From an uncultured Armatimonadia bacterium (GTDB lineage: Bacteria; Armatimonadota; Zipacnadia; CAVVLO01): a stretch of 64,000 nt of DNA. Shown here one piece after another: positions 59,609 through 64,000 of the stretch. The position numbers and the translations under genes were made by a program. Each line of letters begins with the position of its first letter. Positions within the stretch are counted from its first letter, which is position 1. The notes under the pieces are model-generated. The model ran no database searches and was not told where the DNA came from. It saw nothing but the letters and a program-made list of their open reading frames with translations. The stretch lies in assembly GCA_963749155.1 (NCBI GenBank), contig CAVVLO010000002.1, positions 1,184,001-1,248,000 on the forward strand. Direction: 5' to 3'.

Positions 59609-61572
59609 AGCGCATCAACCTCCGCCAGCAGTTGTTCAGGTTTGAAGCCGCGTAGCTGGATGCTCTTGGACGGGCAGCCTGCCGTGCAGGCGCCACAGCC
59701 CTGGCACAGGCCTTCGTTGACCCGAGCGACCTCGCGATTGCGCCTCAAGGCCCTGTCTTCTATCTCGGTCAGCTCGATAGCCTTGTAAGGGCAGGTATTC
59801 ACGCAGATACTGCAACCAACACAGGTCTGCTCGTTTACCTCGGCCACTGTCGCCTCGGCGAGTATCTGCTTGGCGGCAAGCAGGCCGATGGCTTTGGCGG
59901 CCGCGCCTCCCCCCATCGCTACCGAGTCAGGGATATCGCGTACGAACTGCGCACCACCCGCCATAAACACGCCGCGCGTCATCGCTTCCACAGGCTTCAG
60001 CTTCGGATGAGCCTCGGTAAAGAAGCCCTCCGCATCGCATGACACCTGGAACATCCGCGAGATGGCCTGCGCGTCGGCCTGCGGTTCTGCCGCCGTTGCC
60101 AGCACTACCAGGTCGGCGGAGATATCCATCTTGGAGCCAGTCAGCGAATCGCCGCCGCGCACCATTATCTTGCCGTTCAGCTCATAAAGCTTCGACACGC
60201 GCCCGCGCAGATATACAACTCCGAAATCGTCCTGCGCCCTGCGGACAAATTCTTCATAACCCTTACCCGTCGCCCGAACATCTATATAGAAAACATATAC
60301 CTGCGCATCGGGTATCTTCTCTTTCACCAGCAGCGCGTGTTTGGCTGTATACATACAGCAGATCTTGCTGCAGTAGCCATGCCCCTCGTGCAGGTCGCGC
60401 GAGCCCACGCACTGGACGAAGACGACGGTCTTCGGCTCTTCGTGGTCGCTCGGGCGCACCAGATGGCCTTCGGTCGGGCCTGAAGCGTTCAGGAGCCGCT
60501 CGAACTGCAGGCCCGAGACGACATCCGGATAACGTCCCGAACCGTATTCAGGAAACTGCTCCGGCCCCATAAACGAGAGCCCGGTCGCCAGCACGATGGC
60601 CCCGAACCGCTCTGTCACGACCTCGTCCTGGTCATCATAGCGGATAGCTTTGGCCGGACAGATCTTCTCGCAGATCCCGCATTTGCCCGTCTTGAGTTTG
60701 ATGCAGTGCTCCTTGTCGATTGTGGCGATGTTGGGCACCGCCTGCGGGAAGGGTATGTAGATGGCCGGCCGCTTGGACAGTCCCTCATTCCATTCGCTCT
60801 CGGCCTTTGCCGGGCACTTCTCCAGGCACGCCCCGCACCCGGTGCAGGCGTCCGCATCTACATATCGCGCCTTTTTGCGGATCTTCACATCGAAATTTCC
60901 GACATATCCGGAAACCTCTTCAACTTCCGACCAGGTCCAGATCTCGATATTCGGGTGCCTGGCGACGTCTACCATCTTCGGCGTCAGGATACACGCCGCG
61001 CAGTCCATCGTGGGGAAGGTCTTGTCATACTGCGCCATATGCCCGCCGATAGAGGGGCTGCGCTCCAGCAGCACCACAGGATAGCCCGCATCCGCGATAT
61101 CGAGAGCCGACTGGATGCCTGCGATTCCCCCGCCCACGACCAGCGCGCGCGGGTAGATAGGCACTTCAAGCTGGGTAAGCGGCTCGTTGCGCGCCACCTT
61201 GGCGACTGCGGCTTTTACGAGATCCAGCGCCTTCTCGGTCGCTGCGTCCTTGTCTTTTGTCACCCAGGAGACATGTTCCCGGATGTTGGCTATCTCGACC
61301 ATATAAGGATTCTTGCCAAGCTCGACCATCACGCCGCGGAAGGTCGGCTCGTGGAGCCTCGGCGTGCAAGCTGCCACCACGATCGCATCGAGGTTGTGCT
61401 CGAGTACTGCCTGCTTGATAAGTTCCTGCCCAGGGTTCGAACACATATAGGTATAGTCGGTCGCAAAGGCGACATGCGGCAGCTTCGCGGCTTCTTCGGC
61501 CACGCGCTCCACATCAACTACACTTGCTATGTTCGTACCGCACCGGCAGACGAATACTCCAACTCTTGCCAT
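59599..61572 (-). CDS. hdrA: Heterodisulfide reductase subunit A
   Basis: VFVCRCG, GGGIAG, KTFPTMDCAAC, QCVGSR, CSKICCMY, ferredoxin motifs. Confidence 0.96.
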   Translation of the reverse strand: MARVGVFVCRCGTNIASVVDVERVAEEAAKLPHVAFATDYTYMCSNPGQELIKQAVLEHNLDAIVVAACTPRLHEPTFRGVMVELGKNPYMVEIANIREHVSWVTKDKDAATEKALDLVKAAVAKVARNEPLTQLEVPIYPRALVVGGGIAGIQSALDIADAGYPVVLLERSPSIGGHMAQYDKTFPTMDCAACILTPKMVDVARHPNIEIWTWSEVEEVSGYVGNFDVKIRKKARYVDADACTGCGACLEKCPAKAESEWNEGLSKRPAIYIPFPQAVPNIATIDKEHCIKLKTGKCGICEKICPAKAIRYDDQDEVVTERFGAIVLATGLSFMGPEQFPEYGSGRYPDVVSGLQFERLLNASGPTEGHLVRPSDHEEPKTVVFVQCVGSRDLHEGHGYCSKICCMYTAKHALLVKEKIPDAQVYVFYIDVRATGKGYEEFVRRAQDDFGVVYLRGRVSKLYELNGKIMVRGGDSLTGSKMDISADLVVLATAAEPQADAQAISRMFQVSCDAEGFFTEAHPKLKPVEAMTRGVFMAGGAQFVRDIPDSVAMGGGAAAKAIGLLAAKQILAEATVAEVNEQTCVGCSICVNTCPYKAIELTEIEDRALRRNREVARVNEGLCQGCGACTAGCPSKSIQLRGFKPEQLLAEVDALCL

Positions 61573-61584
61573 AGTTCACACCAC

Positions 61585-62466
61585 TTAGAGCAGGTTCAGA
61601 ACACGCAGCGGCGTCAGCATGTCCTTCACGTGCATAGTCAGACCAAGCTCTTCAGGACTCATCCCGATGGCCACTCCCACCAGCTCCAGGAAGTTGTACA
61701 CCGGTATAGCCAGCTCTCTCCCCTTGGCGCGCGAGGCCTCGGCCTGACGCACCTCCAGGTTCATCTGGCAGAACGGGCACGCCGTCACGATGGCGTTTGC
61801 ACCCGAGTCAATCGCATTTTGCAGGATGCTTCCGCTCAGGTTCGCGATAACCTGGGGGAAGGTCAGCGTGAAGCTTGCCCCGCAACATTCAGTTTTGTAG
61901 GCCCACTCGACAACCTCGGCTCCTGTCGCCCGCAGGATGTCATCCATCGACTGTGGATACTCGGCGCTGTCCCAGCCGCCGGTCACCTCGGGCGTCCGGG
62001 TCAGCAGGCAGCCATAATAACAGGCAACCTTGAGGCCCTCCAGCGGGCGCTGAAGCAGTTCCTTGATCCGGCTCATAGCGTCCGTCTCATGCATCAACTG
62101 CAGGTTGTGCTTCACTTCCAGGGTGCCCTTGTAGCGCACTTCCCACTTCTCGCGCAGCTCGTGCATCGCCGGGATGTCACTCTTGAAAGCCCAGTCCGCC
62201 CGCTTCAGGCGGTTGTAACAGGCAGCGCAAGGAGCCGTTATGACGGGATCGATGCCCTCCATTGTCTCAGCCTGGGCCAGCACCCTGAGGGGCAGCGCCA
62301 GTGACAGCAACTGGTTCACCGAGTGGGCTGAAGTAGCCCCGCAGCAGTTCCAGTCGGGCACTTCCTTCAGAAAAATATCGAATTTGGGCAGCACAGCCTG
62401 GGTCGCCTTCTCCATATCTTTGCCGGAGGCGCTTGCAGTGCAGCCTGGAAAGTAAGCTACCTTCAT
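61585..62466 (-). CDS. hdrB: Heterodisulfide reductase subunit B
   Basis: YFPGC, two CCG motifs, CPFCQMNL. Confidence 0.94.
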   Translation of the reverse strand: MKVAYFPGCTASASGKDMEKATQAVLPKFDIFLKEVPDWNCCGATSAHSVNQLLSLALPLRVLAQAETMEGIDPVITAPCAACYNRLKRADWAFKSDIPAMHELREKWEVRYKGTLEVKHNLQLMHETDAMSRIKELLQRPLEGLKVACYYGCLLTRTPEVTGGWDSAEYPQSMDDILRATGAEVVEWAYKTECCGASFTLTFPQVIANLSGSILQNAIDSGANAIVTACPFCQMNLEVRQAEASRAKGRELAIPVYNFLELVGVAIGMSPEELGLTMHVKDMLTPLRVLNLL

Positions 62467-62469
62467 AAT

Positions 62470-63105
62470 CTAGTCTTCCTCTTCCTTGGCCTCGGCCTCG
62501 GAGTGGCCTTCGACCTTTGCCTCGATATGCTCGAGGTCTGGCGCGAGCTTCTCGAACATCTCGCGGATCTCCTCGCGCGCCTTTACCGAGTGGGGCAGCA
62601 AGCCCATCCGGCCTTTTGCCATCAGCATTGCGCCCAGGTCCATATCGCCAAAAAACTGCATCCGCTTGGTGCGGTAACGCATCAACATTCCCATCTCGTA
62701 TACGCGCCCATACTTCTTGACCGTGTCGAGGAAGTACCTGTGGAAGGTAGTGATGGCTTCTTCGCCAACTACTCCTTCCTCAACAGAAAGCTCGCGCATT
62801 ACATCTATGCACTCGTCTATCTTGATCTCCATCGGGCACCGCGTCGTGCAGGTCATACAACTTACACAGAACCAGATGGCCTTGCTCGAGAGGGCCCGGT
62901 CCTTCATGCCCAGGTTGATAAGCCTGATAAGCTGGTGCGGCCCATAGTCGAAATACTCGTTCATAGGGCAACCCGCAGTGCATTTGGCGCACTGGTAGCA
63001 CTTCTTAACGTCGGTCTCGGCCAGCGCCTCGACCTTGCCGCGAAACTCCGGGTCGACCTGGTCGCCTTCGAAGCGGGCCATTCTTTCGATGATCTCAAGT
63101 CCCAT
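62470..63105 (-). CDS. hdrC: Heterodisulfide reductase subunit C
   Basis: CYQCAKCTAGCP and CVSCMTCTTRCP. Confidence 0.93.
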   Translation of the reverse strand: MGLEIIERMARFEGDQVDPEFRGKVEALAETDVKKCYQCAKCTAGCPMNEYFDYGPHQLIRLINLGMKDRALSSKAIWFCVSCMTCTTRCPMEIKIDECIDVMRELSVEEGVVGEEAITTFHRYFLDTVKKYGRVYEMGMLMRYRTKRMQFFGDMDLGAMLMAKGRMGLLPHSVKAREEIREMFEKLAPDLEHIEAKVEGHSEAEAKEEED

Positions 63106-63172
63106 TGCCTGTTACTCCTTGAGCCTGTGGCTTTCCACAAGCCTTCTAAAAGCCAACGCTTGCCTCGGGGGC

Positions 63173-64000
63173 CTAGTTCCAGCCCGCAAGCTGCGCTGCA
63201 AAGGTCACGGCTCTCAGCAACCCAGCAGGCATAAGCCCTAGCGCCAGGGTCAGCAGCAGCGTGAAAGCAAGCGCCACGTTCAGCGACCAGCCGGCCCGGA
63301 TAGGCGCCTTCTCGAGTTGCTCACTCGGCTTCACGAAGTACATCAGCCTGGTCACGTTGAAATAATAGTACAGCGAGATGACACTATTTAGCACGCCGAT
63401 GATCGCAAGCCACAGATACCCCTGCTGGATGGCCGCCGCGAAGACATACAGCTTGCCCCAGAAGCCAAGCAGCGGCGGGATTCCCGCCAGCGACAGCAAG
63501 AAGAGCACGAGCATAAGCGCAAGGCCAGGCGAGACCTGTGCCAGCCCCGCATAATCGGCTATCTCTTCGGTGCCCAGTGCGTTCTTCACATAGATAACAA
63601 TGGCAAAAGCGCCCAGGTTCATCGCTACATAGGCGGCCGAATACAGCAGCACGCCTTCCAGCGCCAGGTTATCCTGGGCCGCCACGACGATCCCCATAAA
63701 AATGTAGCCCGCCTGCGCGATAGAGCTATAGGCCAGCATACGCTTCATATTGCGCTGGGGTATGGCCACCACGTTGCCGATGGTCATCGTCAGCGCGCAC
63801 AGCAGCCCGAAAACTGGCAGCCAGAGAGGCGCATAATGCTCCATCCCGACGACAAAGACGCGCAGCAGCGCCGCGAATCCCGCCAGCTTTGGCGTCACCG
63901 AGAGGAAGGCCGTAATCGGCGTAGGCGCGCCCTCGTAGACGTCCGGCGACCACATATGGAAAGGCACCAGGGCTATCTTGAAGCCCAGCCCTACCATCAT
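63173..64000 (-). CDS. nuoN: NADH-quinone oxidoreductase subunit N (5' part outside the window)
   Basis: FKIALVPFHMWSPDVYEGAPTP, KRMLAYSSIAQAGY, SLAGIPP. Confidence 0.95.
   Translation of the reverse strand: MMVGLGFKIALVPFHMWSPDVYEGAPTPITAFLSVTPKLAGFAALLRVFVVGMEHYAPLWLPVFGLLCALTMTIGNVVAIPQRNMKRMLAYSSIAQAGYIFMGIVVAAQDNLALEGVLLYSAAYVAMNLGAFAIVIYVKNALGTEEIADYAGLAQVSPGLALMLVLFLLSLAGIPPLLGFWGKLYVFAAAIQQGYLWLAIIGVLNSVISLYYYFNVTRLMYFVKPSEQLEKAPIRAGWSLNVALAFTLLLTLALGLMPAGLLRAVTFAAQLAGWN

Noticed and set aside
59147..61572. Selenocysteine recoding in HdrA/MvhD
   Set aside because: Both ORFs are uninterrupted, with Cys at the relevant positions and no in-frame TGA.
60706..62304. 532-aa plus-strand ORF
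   Set aside because: Antisense shadow of hdrA/hdrB with no recognisable motifs.

Overview
Gene-dense chromosomal window from a diderm, probably anaerobic, carbohydrate-degrading bacterium. An Armatimonadota-like lineage is a guess from gene content only. In order it contains: a TolC/MacAB-type exporter; SGNH, glutamine amidotransferase and membrane-protein genes; ahcY-tagA-pfkB-pfkB; fba with two phosphofructokinases (one PPi-type, one ATP-type motif set) and comF; gcvT-H-PA-PB; several secreted glycoside hydrolases (clan GH-A, GH20, a ~1,700-aa GH38, DUF4838-like); a GNAT fusion protein; pheA-paaK-ACT; accD-accA; four tandem YjbH-like outer-membrane beta-barrel genes; DUF72; ugd; three tRNAs (Thr-CGT, Phe-GAA, Val-TAC); an ABC transporter with a LolA-like gene; an orphan OmpR regulator; an isolated phage Gp3/RDF-like gene; and a complete hdrCBA-flxDCBA cluster directly downstream of nuoN. 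No CRISPR array, rRNA, integrase or transposase was seen. Five genes carry single-base frameshifts, most likely consensus errors. The best leads are: (1) a duplicated, covarying 5'-leader RNA structure in the beta-barrel array; (2) a phage recombination-type gene under a perfect sigma54 promoter outside any prophage; (3) the nuoN-hdr-flx linkage; (4) the GNAT-TIM-barrel fusion. All family assignments are from motif recognition by eye; no database searches were run.
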